Below, piece by piece: positions 44,301 to 58,199 of a stretch of DNA of 64,000 nt. A model generated the notes under the pieces. The model saw only the letters and a program-made list of their open reading frames with translations, did not search any database and was not told where the DNA came from. Position 1 is the first letter of the stretch; every line of letters starts with the position of its first letter. A program made the position numbers and the translations under genes. This stretch comes from the human T2T-CHM13v2.0 reference genome, Homo sapiens, in the NCBI RefSeq assembly GCF_009914755.1, contig NC_060929.1; one strand, 5' to 3'.

Positions 44301-46194
44301 GATGTTATTTATTCAATGGGTAAAAATGAGGGTCTACTATATACCCATCCTAGACATTGGAAAAATGGCAGAAAATGAAGTAGACAAAAATCCTTGCCCG
44401 CATGGAGCTTATATTCAAGTGAAGATTGAAGTTTTCTGGTTCATATGATCTTCAGTATCATAATTTTTAACTGACTTCTGTGATTAGCAACCATAGAATA
44501 TGTGATAGGGAGACATATTTTAGTTGTAATTTTAGAACATTAAAAGTGGAAGTCTGTGAGAAGCAAAGAGGTCACCATGTATGGAAGGATTCCAGCAGGC
44601 ACAGCCATTGCAGAGGGGATTCAGGAATCTAATGGTAAGAATAAAAAGGTGTAATAGGAAGGAGACTGATGAGGAGTCCTTTGCAAAAGTGAGAACCGAG
44701 TACAGTCCTATCGTATTAAATACTAGCAGTGCCTACATAGTTTGAGCATTTACTGTGTGCCATGCATTTCGCTAAGTGATTATCACACATTATTTCACGT
44801 AATCCTCATAACACTCATATAGGTGGAAAGAATAAAACTGTCAAATTATACTTTTTAAAAAGTTAAAAACATGACATATAAATATGAAAAGCAGATATGT
44901 CAGATATTTTACTTGACTCCTTAATTAGTGGGGGAATTGGTGTGATGGTAAGACTGGTTCCAAGAACATTTGAGGAGCTCATTATTTATAGGTTTGTTAA
45001 CAAAGGGATGCTAGCAGAGACTACATTAGGTACAAGACTGGTAATGTCCTGGAGGGCAACAAATCATCACATTTGAGGTTATTTTCTCTACTGGAAAGAA
45101 ATTATTTGCATCTTTATCAGATAAAAGTCTCCAAGTTAACATGTACCTGTAATAAATCTGGAAATGTTTTTCAATAGCAAACTATGTTCAACAAATGACA
45201 TTCCCCTTAAATACTTCTTGAGAGGGCCTGTGAAACAATTCCCGCATATGATATTGAAAAAAAAAAGACTACCTTTTGGCTATATTTTTCAAGTTTTGCA
45301 TAACATTTCTTAACATTAGAAGAATTAAGTATGTTTTCAGGATTTTCTAGCTAGCAGTTATAAAGCTGGGTCTCAAACTGAGATCTCTCCAGATGCCCAC
45401 ATTGAAATGAGCCACATAACAAGTCTTTGGGGAGACATGAGGGCAGGGTCTCGTGAATCATATCAGCATTGTTTGATTAGGGCTGAGTATCAGCTTGAGT
45501 TTTTTTTAAATTGATTACCAGAACATTCAAGATTAACTTCTTCAACTATTTAAAACTTCTTTTTTTTTTTCCCTGAAAAGAAGCAGGGCATAAAACGTGA
45601 ATAATAAACAATAAGCGGTTCATTAGCAATTTGCTACCACTGGCTCTCAAAGACTGTGGAACCCCACGTAGAAGTCTGATTCTTTAGAATTTGCAGCAGC
45701 TATTTTCTCTGAAAGATTTCTTCCTCAACTTGTGGGATTTTATTTTGCTATTATTGTTAATTTAGGACGTTGCCATTTCCAAACATGAACATTGTAATTG
45801 TTAATAGTCTTCTATTTATAGAATGATAATTTTGAGCTCTTAAGGTATAAAGCCCAGTTCTCTGGAATGACACTTTGTTCAGCCTCATGTAACTGACTGC
45901 AGATTTGATCTCACTGTTTTTCTTTTCTGTGAGTTAATCTCAAGGAAAGACTTCAGTGTTATATTTAGGGAATAAATGGAAAGTAGCGGTATAGCTGGCT
46001 TAATGTTCCAATAAGGCTTCAGGACAGTTCTCCAAGTTTAAGGTGACAGGCCCCTATTACATAAAGTTAAAGCAGCAGAAAACTAGCCACTCAAATACTT
46101 TATTCTAGAACTCACACTAGATGGGAGAGTACAATTTGGCTTTTAGGTTAGAGAAAAGGTTTGCATTTTGCTCCATTAAAAAAAAAAAGTAAAC

Positions 46195-46420
46195 TGAAAT
46201 GTATTTATAGGCAGTCATAAACACTTTACACAGATTATCTCACTGAATCCTTAACAATTCTACCAGTAGATTCTATTATGGTTCCCATTTCACAGATGAG
46301 GAAACAGATCGAGAGAGGTTAAGCAAGCTGACCAGGGTTTATAGTCAGTAAGATGCAGAGCTAAGATTAGACCCAGGCTATCTGATTAGAAGGCTAGATG
46401 ATATCACCTTCCCAAATTAT
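46195..46420 (-). mobile_element. MIR SINE
   Basis: cccatttcacagatgaggaaacagatcgagagaggttaagcaagctgacc. Confidence 0.8.
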
Positions 46421-47189
46421 GCTGCAGTAGAGAAAGCAGATAGAAAAAGAGAGCACCAATCCCATTTCTAGCTTCAGCTCTGGTATTAACTGTCTTTAAA
46501 ACCCTGGACAAGTCATCTCATTTGTCTGGGCCTCTACTTCCCTCTGTAAAATGAAGGGTGGAAACAATTTGGATTGGATGATCTCTGGGGTGTCTCCAAC
46601 TCCAAAGATCTGATTCTGTAATTGCATCTTGACCTTAGATGTGCACACACACCTCCCCACACCGCCTCCCACCCCACTGCTTCCCAAGGCGAAAATCTAA
46701 TCCTGCTCAAAGTGCCCAGTGTAATTTGATGCTAAACTCACGACCCCACCGAATCCTATTACTTACAACATCCCCTCAAGAACATACAACACTTAAAATC
46801 TGGCAAGCCAGTTCTTTAGAATAAGTTGCCAATGGGGTGTGATTTTTGGAAGTAAAATGTTCATACCAAAAACAGAAAAAAGAAACAGTTCAAAACAAAT
46901 GCTCCTCTCTCTTTAAATCACCTCTTTTCTACAATGTTACCTTGACAACTTTGCTCTGGCTCTTTAGATATGGGGGTTTTTCAGTGTGGGAGAAGAGGGG
47001 TGTCCTCCTGTTTTGAGGTTTCCTCTTGTTGCATGGAAAGGGAAAATGTCAAAGGTAGAGCATCAAATCCAGCAGAATGTACACAGGGCATCTTGAGGGA
47101 GTGTCATCCAGAAATAATCACAGGTGCACAGAATTAGGACGCATTCTGATTCAAAGTACATTCTTTTCTCTTTTCTATTTTCCATAACC

Positions 47190-47590
47190 ATAACACACAT
47201 TCCAACAGCCTATAAAATGTTACATTTTTGGACCAGCACTGTTGCAGAACAGAGAGCAACAAAAGTGCCTGAAAAATAATTGCATTATTTTTAGTTGCTG
47301 CAGCAAAAAATGTACATATCAGGTTGAGGGGACAGCTCCGAAGAACTGTACCAGTGTGGAAATGCTAAAAATATTGCTCCCCCTCAAGCAATTGAAATTT
47401 TGAGCAAAGATTTAGGAAGCGGCAGGTAGGGAGATCAAATTAGAATTTACATCTCTCAGCTGTAATAAGCTTGTTATCAGGACTGGCAAGAGCTCAGGGG
47501 GCTGACAGGGGTCAGCTGGGGACTCAAGTGTAAGGAGCAAGTGAAAAAGGAGCAGTGTTGAGCAGAAGAAAGAGAGGACTTATCTCCAGC
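47190..47590 (+). promoter_or_regulatory. SGCD: Proximal promoter of SGCD with muscle/cardiac motifs
   Basis: Repeat-free region upstream of exon 1; MCAT 47197-47204, MEF2-like 47365-47374, CAGCTG at 47457 and 47513, GATA at 47474 and 47580, NKX2-5 TCAAGTG 47524-47530. Confidence 0.6.
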
Positions 47591-48046
47591 ATCTAGCACT
47601 ACAGAGCAGAGGCTGTGTGGAGAATGGCTGAAAAATCAGAATTGGTTGTAGAAGCAGTTTTCTTTCTGGTTGTGAGTATGAGCCCGGCAGACACCATGAG
47701 CGCTGTTGCAGGGGAGTCGGCCTGTGCTTGACACATGTGTTTCCCATTGATAGCTGGAGACAGCCCAGTAGCTGTGAGTCGGTCTGACAAAGCCATATTG
47801 AAGTACGGAGTACGGTTTCAAAGCAGTCAGAAAAAGAACGGGAATGCTGTTCAGGAAATTCTTCAGGCATGGGCAGGGACTTGGCTGCAGTTCTGCAGTT
47901 GGAAAATCTGACTGGGGCAGCTTCTGAGCGCAGGCTGGGCCTGCACACACTCAGCGGGCCGAGTGGCCACCTCCTTCAGAGCTGCTCAGCACGCCGTGGG
48001 ATCGCGGGCGGTTTTCATCGGCCGGTTTGTGAAACGGACAAGAGAG
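47571..48046 (+). other. SGCD: SGCD exon 1 (5' UTR); TSS approximate and may be further downstream
   Basis: GC/CpG-enriched unique sequence ending at donor GAG|GTAGGG (GT at 48047); resembles the SGCD mRNA leader as recalled. Confidence 0.75.
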
Positions 48047-50347
48047 GTAGGGTACTGTTCAGTTCTTGCGTTTGCACGCGTCTGTTCACTTTCTAAGCTA
48101 TCTGCCTGCTGTATTTGCAGGCACTCCGAGTTTTTAGTGTGTGCATGTGTGTGTGTGTGAATTAGCAAGTTAGAACTCCGTCATGTAAACAGTTGGCATG
48201 GGGCTCCAATCTGTGCTTTTCCCCCTTTAAGGTCTGATTTTCAGCAGGGCAGAGAGACTTCTTTTGAAAGTTAGGATTTAGCTGGCAACGTTATTGTGTA
48301 AAGAGGAGTATGTGAATTCCTTATGTTGTCACCCTGCTCCAACCATCTGTAACTTTTCCTTTCTGCGTGGAAGGGCCGTTCACTGGCAAGGAAGATAATT
48401 TCAGATGAAACTGTCTGTGTGTTTTGCTTCACTTCGCAAGAGTTTTAATGGGGAGTTTTTTGTTGTTGTTGTTTTTTAATAGTAGAAAATGGCTCTCATT
48501 TTAGGAGGGAATCAGAGTTTGAAGTTTCTACGTTGGATGACACTTTCAGAGTGTCGAAACAGATATGTGTGTATGGGTTTCTAAAATCTTTTATATAGGA
48601 GTTTGACTGTCATTATCTGGGATTTGACTGTCAGTGATATATTTGCCTAGAATTATGCTGGATCAACATTTGTAATTCTGTTTCTATAATCATTTCCAAT
48701 TTTCTCACTTGAAGTAATTTGCAGTTTTACTCTCAAAAAACACTTCTGTATTTTAGGAAACATAGATAATAAAAAAGTAACAGAAAATGGCAGTTTACTC
48801 AAAATTCTTCTTAAAGGACAGAGACATGATGGTGTGAATTTTATTTCATTGATCTCTTGGTTTTATTTTACACCTTACTGCAAAAGAGCTTTTTATAAAA
48901 ATCAAAGTTTTAAAAATTTTCAGCACAACAGGGATCTTAGTGTTCCTCTTCAGTTTTGGTTCTTCTTTATCAACTCTATTGCAGTATAGATTTTTTCCTC
49001 TCATAGGAAAGCTATACCTTGTTTTATGTACAGCATTTAGAAAACACACAGTACAATGTCATTGCATTTGAGAGACTGGTTCAGCCCAAAGCCGAGCTAA
49101 ACCTTACAACTGCTTTACAATTACTAGCACAGCAATCTGTGACAACATTGGTTTTTTCCGAACGGGGCTTGGCCAAAAGTCTGGTTGGGGAGATGGATGA
49201 ATGAATGGAATCTTGGATACTTCTTGAGTAGCTGAAGAGTGACTAGACCTCTTAGGGTGGATCTCTGTGACAACAGGTGTGCATTTACTTGTGTCCTACA
49301 ATCTTTAAACAAGTAGCTAATAGAAGAGCCTGAAGTTAATGCTGAAAGAAAAGTGGAGAGCCAGCATTTCTCATTGCTTCCTCTGCATAAGACCTAGAAT
49401 GAGAAGGCACACATTCTGTCCTGTTGGTAGAAGGTCAGGATTTTCAGCCAGCGATTTTCTTTTTTCTTCCAAGTGTTGTACTTGGAGGAGGGACCTGGGA
49501 CAGGACTGGCAGCAGGATATCTTTAAGAGATGGTTCATGAACATTTTCTTTATTAATTTCATCTTCGTGTTGGGGTGGTGTGGGGAGGGTTTGGGGACTG
49601 CAGGGCTTGAGGAAAGGAAGGGGGTGTAGTTAGAAGTCAGGATGGACTGTGACCTTATTTTTTTCTCTAAAGTGCCTAATGAGTGAGAAAAATGCCAAGA
49701 CAGATTAGGAACTGGCATGAACCGTAGTCAAGCCCACTGCCAATGAAAAAGGGAGCCTTCCATGAGCTCGGGTGTCATACTCCTCTATATTTAGCGTGCG
49801 TCAAGCATTGAGCAGAAGAGGCGTGAAATAGCAACTCCAGGTTGCAGGATTATAAAGAGCAGTGCTTGAAACTTGGTAGAAACTCTATAGTTTCTCTCTT
49901 TTTTAGAAGTAAAGTAGGGAGAAGTCAAGCTCTCTTGACATCTGAAGAGAAAAAGTAAGCAGCGGAAGGGGGAAGGATACAGAGGAAGAAATCCAGGGCA
50001 GAGGTGGAGGCAGTGAAGGGAGAGGAATGGCCACAACACAAACTGGGCAGTGAGGGTGGAGGGAGGAGCCCTTGGCACAGGAATGAAACACATGTATTAG
50101 AAGTAGCCAAAGCCACCAGGCACTGATTTGTTGGACTGGAGGTGTGCAGATACTCAGTGGCCTTGGTGAAGAGAATTGTTTTAGCCACTTCACCACAGGA
50201 GACTGCATGGTCAGCCTACCCTGCCTTCTGGAAGTAATCAGAAAGCACATTTTGTAAGAATGGCATTGCCTGAGGGTTCAGATTTCCTAGGCAAGGAGGG
50301 GGCAGGCTCTTCAGACCTTATTTTTAACCCATATTTGTTCCTTGCAG

Positions 50348-50393
50348 AGACATTACTGCCGGGAGTGTTGAGTGAAGGGACCAGGTGGAGATG
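50348..50393 (+). other. SGCD: SGCD exon 2 (46 nt: 43 nt UTR plus ATG)
   Basis: Acceptor atttgttccttgcAG, donor ATG|GTGAGT; 43 nt then ATG matches the c.-43 to c.3 exon I recall for SGCD; in-frame TGA at 50373 upstream of the ATG. Confidence 0.85.
50391..50393 (+). CDS. SGCD: Initiator Met codon of delta-sarcoglycan (MMPQEQ...); the rest of the CDS lies beyond the window
   Basis: gagATG at the end of exon 2 with a phase-0 consensus donor; gene identity from recall. Confidence 0.8.
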
Positions 50394-50549
50394 GTGAGTA
50401 ATTCCCGGGAGCGAAGCTTGTTCAAGGCCCTGCTCATGGTCATTTTATTATTAACATAAACTTTTGAAAAAGAGAACAAAGTGTTATATATGCCTTATCC
50501 TGATGAAGACATTTCTTTAATTTTACTTTTTTATTTTAAAAAATCTGCA

Positions 50550-51110
<561 letters not shown>

Positions 51111-54100
51111 TTTCCTAAGCCACGTCTGACGAACGTGCTGGTACTGGGGGCAGAAGTGGGGTTGAGAGAGGGAGGAAAGGTAGAGGTGGTCAGAAATCTT
51201 AGGTCAGGTCCTGGCTCCATTCATCTTCAGATCTCAGGTTTCCTATCTGTAAGATGATCTGATACCTCTGAATTGTTTTCTGTTTTCACAACCTATGATT
51301 TTTGTAATCCTGAGGCTCTTCCTTTTCTTTAAGAATAACTCTTAGTCTGTCTCCCTTAAGGCTGGGTGTCTTGAGTCATTTCACCCATTTCTCCATCTTT
51401 TCCTGCACTCTTTCTTTACTCTTCTTTGAACATATTTCAGTGAGCCTTCTCCTGACAAAAACTATGGCTCCTTGAACTCAACTTAGTCATCTGAACAATG
51501 CACATTCCATGGTGAGGACTTCATACATGTGTTAACCGAAAAGGAAGAGGGTGATTGTAGGGAGAGGAAGCACAGCAAGAAAGAAAAAAATGGAAGGTGG
51601 TATCATCTTGCTGTGGAAGAAAAGTGGTTATATTGTGAACTGAGCTCAGGGTCTGCCTCAAACGAAGACTGGGGTCCTGGCTGTGTGGCCATAGGCAAGT
51701 TACATCATCTCCAAAATGTGTCCCAATTTCCTAATCTCTAAAATGGACATGACAAAAGTATCTGCCTAATAGTGTGTTGTGAGATTGTACAGATAATGCA
51801 CTTAGCATTGTCTTTTGCACACAGTAAGCACTTAAATATGTCAAATATATTAATACATATAGTTAAGATGAACTGAGATAGCACCAGGCAAATCAACAAA
51901 GAGTGAAAAAGGTAGAGCAAGGTAAAACAAAGAGTTCAAACAATCAGCAAAGGAAAGGATGTTTTACTCTGAATTATCTGGGTTACTTTTCCTGTGTTGC
52001 CCAAATTTCTCTAGAAATTCCACATTTCCCTTTGTTTCACTTTTCTTGCCACACAGAAAGGTCTTCATTATTGTTTCAAATTCCTATTGCAGAGTGTGAA
52101 CTGCCTCATACAAAGGAAACCATGTAAGCTGTAGCCTCTGACCTGCCTCTCAGACAGGTCTGTAGGACTGGGGAGGAACATGTCACCGTGGTTCACTTAG
52201 TATATAAATCCTGTGAGATTGGTTTGCTCAGAAAGCTTTGTTGGTGGTTGTATTAATGGAGCTCAGGATGTGTAGGAGGATATGGATGCAATCACTTTAT
52301 TCTTCTTTTTCACTGATAAAGCAATGGCACCTATTAGAGCAAGCACAATTCCCTGATAAAAACTATATTGCCAGGGATTAGAAACTCCCTCCTTGCTCAG
52401 ACCACTTTTCCTTGCCAGAGTGATAGGATCAGACTGTCTTGTGAGCACCTTGACTTCCAAATAATATATTGTGAATGCCTGGAAACCCTGCTGTTACTTG
52501 CTGGAGTTGACATATTCAGCCACTGAAACTATTCATTGAGTTCAGAGTAAATAAATACCAGGGTAAGCTCCTCTCTCCGAACGAATCATTCGACAAAATC
52601 TTGTACTAACCCTCATTGGGGTTGTGATATTGGCACTGTGTATTCAATGAAAGAAAATTGTTCCAGGATAAGGACAGCGGGGAACAGAGCCACGCTGTGT
52701 TCCTTTCATTCCTATCGTTACCTATGGTTGACTTCTCTCCTCTCTCTTATTCTATAATCTTTCTAGCCCTTTCGCTCTTTCTTTATTGGGTTCCATTCAC
52801 CCTTGCAAGTTTCTTTTCTCTTTGTTATTTGTTCAGTGTGTGCTTACCAAAGTCCTTATCTGCTTCCCTCAGGGGTCAGGAATATTGGTAATAGGCCAGT
52901 GTCTGGACAGCATAATTTTTACCAGGTAGTGAGAAAGATTAACTCCTAGCATTGGCTGAGACCTTCAAAAGTTTGCGTCCCCACCCCTCTGATGTTACCA
53001 GGCTGCTGATACAAACAGCAGGTCATAAACCGGCAACCCAAAGGCTTGGACTATAGGTACATTTTGGTTCACAGAGTGTTTTTTTGTTTGTTTGTTTTAA
53101 TTGACTTATGAAATATTTAAACATCTTAAGATATCATAATGTTGATCTTCTAGAAAAAGCTGAAGATGGGCATTCCCTATGTAATTTCTTGGGCACAGTG
53201 GCTGGTGGCCTGTGGTCAGCTCCTGTCCTTTTGAGAGGGCATATGCCTACCTCATTCATTGACCCCACTATCTGACCTGTACATGTTTACATTTGTCTGC
53301 TCTATTTTTCTAGAGTTTCTCAACTGAACCAAAGAAAGCAGACGGTTATTTGAGTGACCATGTTCTCTGTTCTCTCAAGGGTGGTGCATATTCTAGACAC
53401 ATAGGAGAGAAGTTAGGGCATAATTAAGTTGTGGCTTCATTCTCTCAGAAAACACTGTTGAGATGGTCTAAGTCTCTGTTGAGCAGAGTCGCAGGAGGAC
53501 AGTATGGTGGCCAAGAATCCAGACCTCAAAATTAGAACCACCTCATCGGATTATAGCTAAGACTGAAAACATTAAATGTGATAGATATCAGAATACTCAC
53601 AATCTCTGGGGAAGGGAATTGATTAAGAGGAGTAATAAGAGAATTTTCTCGGGTGATAGAAATGTTCCCTCTCCTGTTTGAATATTGTTCCCAAAGATGT
53701 TCAGATTTGTAAAACTCATTGGGCTATGTAGCTAATATCTGTTTGTTTTACTAGAAGTAAATTATTCCTCAATAGATGTACATACATATATACATATCTA
53801 CATGAAAGCATGCAAAGTGCTTAGAAAAATGCATGCTGTTTAGCTATTTTTATCATACTTGTTTCTAGAAACTTTGATTTAAAATATATGTAAAATGACC
53901 AAAAACGAGATGAGCATTTCCTTTCCTACCACAGGTTTCATTGCAAGCATTTGAGAGCGCAGGTAATAGCTAAAGATTCTTGCCAAACACAATTGTCAAG
54001 GGAGAATCTACTGGATCAATTCTAATTTTATGAAACTATTGAATCACTATAGAAGGATGTGCCTAATTTGTTGTAGCTGCTTTTCATGATGCTGTAAAAA

Positions 54101-54594
54101 TTTATAGGTTTTAGAGACATATCAAAGATGGTTTATTACCTGGGACAAAATGCCTATACTTAGAGTAACTTTCACTCTGGCTGGAATACAGTAGTCACTC
54201 AATAGGTATTCAATAATATGTCTTAAAATTAATATCCATATTAAGAACTTCTAGCTAATACAATCACAAAAATATTGTTTTTATTAGTAATCACATTGTT
54301 ATAATCAATTATTCACATATATCTAGAAGCATTTAATATAAGAAATGAGAGAACAGGTTTTCCAGCCAAACACTCTGGATTCAAATGCTTGCTATGCCTT
54401 TAACAAGCAAAGAGATTTGGGGTAGATTACTTAACCACTCTTTCTCATTGGCTCAACTGTAAAATAGAAATGATTGTGAGGCAGGTACTAATTATATGTC
54501 TGTGAGGATTAAATACATGTAGAACAATGGCTAGTACATAGTACCATTATACAAGTGTTTGTCATTTATGTGTGCTTTCTTTATGTTAGAAAAG

Positions 54595-54597
<3 letters not shown>

Positions 54598-54627
<30 letters not shown>
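54598..54627. repeat. T30 homopolymer
   Basis: Seen directly. Confidence 0.95.
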
Positions 54628-54630
<3 letters not shown>

Positions 54631-55304
54631 ATTTGTCTCTAAGTATTGCTCAAAATCTGTGTGTAGATGGTTGGTGAAAGTAATGTGAAACCAGGAGTTC
54701 AAGCGGAAAAGACAGAAACCTAGAATTTATGGGAAACATACTGGTTTTCAGTTTAGCTGACTTTGGTTTTTTTTTACTGCCTTACTCTGTGACGTTGATT
54801 AAGTCACTTCACCTCCCTGAACCTTGTTTTATTGTCTGTTAAATAAGGATTTGGATTTTATATTGTCCATGTTCCCTTTAGGCCTTGTGTGTCACTCTGA
54901 TCTCAAGTGTTTGAGTCATGTTCATTATTATTTTATTACACAGCTTGGTCCCCAAGTCACAGAAGAGCTGTAGTAGCTTGACTCCTATTGTCATTATCTG
55001 GTTCTGGTGGGAATCATCCATGGGGTTTTAGAAAGCACCGATCTTGTACAACACAAAGTAGCTGGTTTGCTAAGAGTATCTGCCACTACTATTAGGAAAG
55101 CTAACCATAGAAGTGGCCATGATGGGGTAGATACAGCATCCTTTGCATGTGAAAATGACACCATTAAATCTGCGATCAGATGTTTGAAATTATTTTTGCT
55201 GCCCAAGGGCATTCAGTTCACATATTCTTTTCTGGTCCTCACCTTGCAACATCAAGGACCAGGCTAGTTTTATATAGAGCCAAATCTTCAACAATTCTTG
55301 CAAT

Positions 55305-55620
55305 GCCGTCAAGTCTTTGTTCAACTATAGCCTTTTCCATGAGGTCAACCTTTCCCATGCTTTTAAATATTGAGCCTGCTGTATTCCCCAGCCCCTGGTA
55401 CTGCTGGTCTATTTTCTTTTTTTTTTTTTTTTTTTGGCTTTTTTTTAGGAGGTGGGACTTTTCCTCATAGCATTCATCTCCTTGTGACATAAATATAATA
55501 TTCGCTGGTGTTTATGTTTATTATCTGTCTCCCCATCACTACCTCTTTCCACCGCTGTGAGATCAGAGCTCTTTGTTGTTGCTCATTGATATATCCCAGA
55601 TGCCTTGAACAGCGTCAGGG
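55305..55620 (+). mobile_element. L2a 3' fragment
   Basis: catagcattcatctcc...tttattatctgtctcccc...tatcccagatgccttgaacagcgtc. Confidence 0.65.
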
Positions 55621-56254
55621 GAGGAACTGAAGGATGGCACATATTTGCAGGTGGTGGCAGTGTTTCAAATGCATTTCACACTGAATATACGTCTATGATA
55701 ATTCTAAATACCTTACTTTGTATTCAGGAAAAGTTAAGTCTTTGCTTCAGCCTGTGAGTAATGGAGAGAAAACCCGGCCTGAGTTTAAGTTCAGACCCTA
55801 ACCAAGTTACTAGTTAGGGGTCTTTGAGAATACTCCTGAATTCCTTAGGACCTCAGTTTCTTCATTTATGAAATGGTTTTAATTATATCGATCTCCCATA
55901 GTGTTGCAGGAATGTATGCACTTGTGTATCTGCTAATTCCTGGTAGAAATATGCATGTGTGTTTCACAAATGTATCTGCCTGAAAGCACCTCAACTAGTA
56001 CCTCATACATCTGCATCTCTAGGATGGAAAGAATTGATGTTCATCAATGCTGAAATATCTTCTGGTTCATCAGAGATAAATATTTTAAACTTAAATACAA
56101 GGTATATTACAATTTGTGGGGCACCTTGATAATATTTATTTAAAAACTGTACAGATACACTTTGACCTGGCAATCTGGTTTCTCAGGACTTGCCTGAGAG
56201 GTATATTTGGACCTATGTGAAACATGTCTGCTCTATGTCTATGGCTTTCAATAA

Positions 56255-57195
56255 TACTCATATCCTGGAGTCTTAAAGATTCATGTCCCGAAGCCCAGTC
56301 TTCCTTCCCCTTGAAGTCCAGATTCGTTTCCAAGTGCCATCATAGTGTTCTTGTTTATCTGTCTCCTTATCTCACTACCTCTTACCATCTCTTTGGAATC
56401 TCATGTGCCTTCAACATTAACACACCTGTCTCTTCCCCTATCATTCCCCTGCACACTCCATCCCCCTCCTGCCCTCCAAGCCTTCTATCCTCACGCTGTT
56501 CCCTGTGGGGTACCCTTGTGCAACTGGCTGCTTATGCTGAAACCTTGGGGTCCTCCTTGACTCCTGTCCTTTTTGACGCCCCATGTCTCAAGCCACAGAG
56601 AATCCTGTTAGCTCTGCTTTCCCACAAGATTCCAGATACAGCAACTCCCCAGCTTCTCACCCACCTGTCTATAGGCCTGGGCCACTGCCACCTCTCTGAA
56701 GACGATTGCAGTAGTCGCGGGCACCTGTTCTCCACACTTCCATTCTCGCTCCTACAACCCATTTCCTAGAGAACACTAGAGTGATCCTGAAGTGAAAATC
56801 TGATCATCCCATTTCCATGCCTAGGTTCTGCAGTGATTACTGTTGCTTTCTGTATCATACCTGAGGTTTTTACTGTGGCTCTGAGCTCCTGCTTCTTTCC
56901 CCTTCTGCCTGTGCCCAAGCTAATTTTCAAACATTCTCCTCCGGTGCACTCTGATCTAGCCACACTGTCCTCCTCACCTGCCAAGCGAGCTCCTGCCTCA
57001 GGGCCTTTGCACTTGCTTGTCCAGTTTCCTCTGACTGAAATATTTCCCCAGATATCCTCATGCTTTACTCTCTTGCTTCTTTGTGTTTCGTTCTCAGATC
57101 TCTCTGGGATGGTCAGGCTTAACCATCTCTTAAACAGGAGCTCCTTAACACCTCAGCACTGTTCCCTTCTGCTGCTTCTGTGTTTTCTTCATAAG
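56255..57195 (+). mobile_element. L2 fragment (~0.9 kb)
   Basis: aaaccttggggtcctccttgactcct, ctgatcatcccatttcc, cctgcctcagggcctttgcacttgctt are L2 hallmarks. Confidence 0.75.
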
Positions 57196-58199
57196 ACTGA
57201 TTTCCAAGAACAAGTAGAAAAAGTTACATTTTCATTATGATAGGTAACAAAAATGACTGGAAACAACCTCCTCGCTATTTGTCTCTGAGCTGGTTAAGTT
57301 AAATATCATAGATCCATACCATTTAAAACAGTCTAGCTATTTTTTTTTAATTTTATGTTTTTATGGGACTATCAGTTATGTTAAGTGGACCAAGTTAGAT
57401 TTAGAGCATTATGTAAAATATGCTCTTGTTTGTGTAAAAAAAATATAAATGTGCATATGCACTGAACATCTATATTGAATAAAGCCTGAATATGTATTAA
57501 ACATTTCTGTAAGGATAAAAAATAAGCTGATAACACTGGTTGCCTCAGTGTGGGGAGGCTGAAGGTATGAATGAGAGAATTGTTTAACTGCATGTTCTTT
57601 GATTCTTTTAAATATATGCACTTGTTGAATTTGTTTTCGGTAAAAGTTTTTCAACACTTTGGTATTACATATTTTAGCTAAGAATTGGAATATATAACTA
57701 TTAAGTTAATCTGAATATTTGTTTAAAAAGAAACTGCCATTCCTGGGCTAGTTCACATAAATAGGTGCTTACTTTTCTGGATGAATTTTGTAAGAAGCAA
57801 ATGTTGTTACATCAAAACTAAAAGTGATGAATTTTTTACCATTGTCTAAATTGTGCCAAATATTTGTGATCCCAGACTAATGCCTGGTATGGATGGCTGA
57901 CTAAAAAACAAACCTTGAAAGCAAACAGTTTTACCTAAAAACTAATATGGCTAATGGATTTCTATTTCTGTACCAGGATGATTCAAAATGGCTTAGATTC
58001 CACAACAAACTCTAGAAACTGTAATGAGCCTTTGAGGGAACCTATGCCTCCTATTTATATAAACTGGTTACAATCTCATAGTTACATAATTCATGTTTAC
58101 TTTTAAATTCACCCAATTTTAACCTGTAGCATCACCAAGAAAAATAAAAACTTACTTGATTTGTATCACTTGTCTTATTCTTAAATTAGCTAATGTAGC

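Noticed and set aside
47580-47950. Minus-strand ORFs over exon 1 as an antisense gene
   Set aside because: Non-ATG starts, no homology recognised, and expected by chance in GC-richer sequence.
47927-48080. CpG island
   Set aside because: Only a ~150-bp CpG cluster, too short for a standard island.
54994-55490. Overlapping ORFs next to a poly-T as a processed pseudogene
   Set aside because: 55305-55620 matches the L2a 3' end with an internal T-run; there is no recognisable protein and no TSD.
56224-57240. 181-aa and 135-aa ORFs as host exons
   Set aside because: They lie in a pyrimidine-rich L2 remnant, are Leu/Ser/Pro-biased, and do not resemble delta-sarcoglycan.
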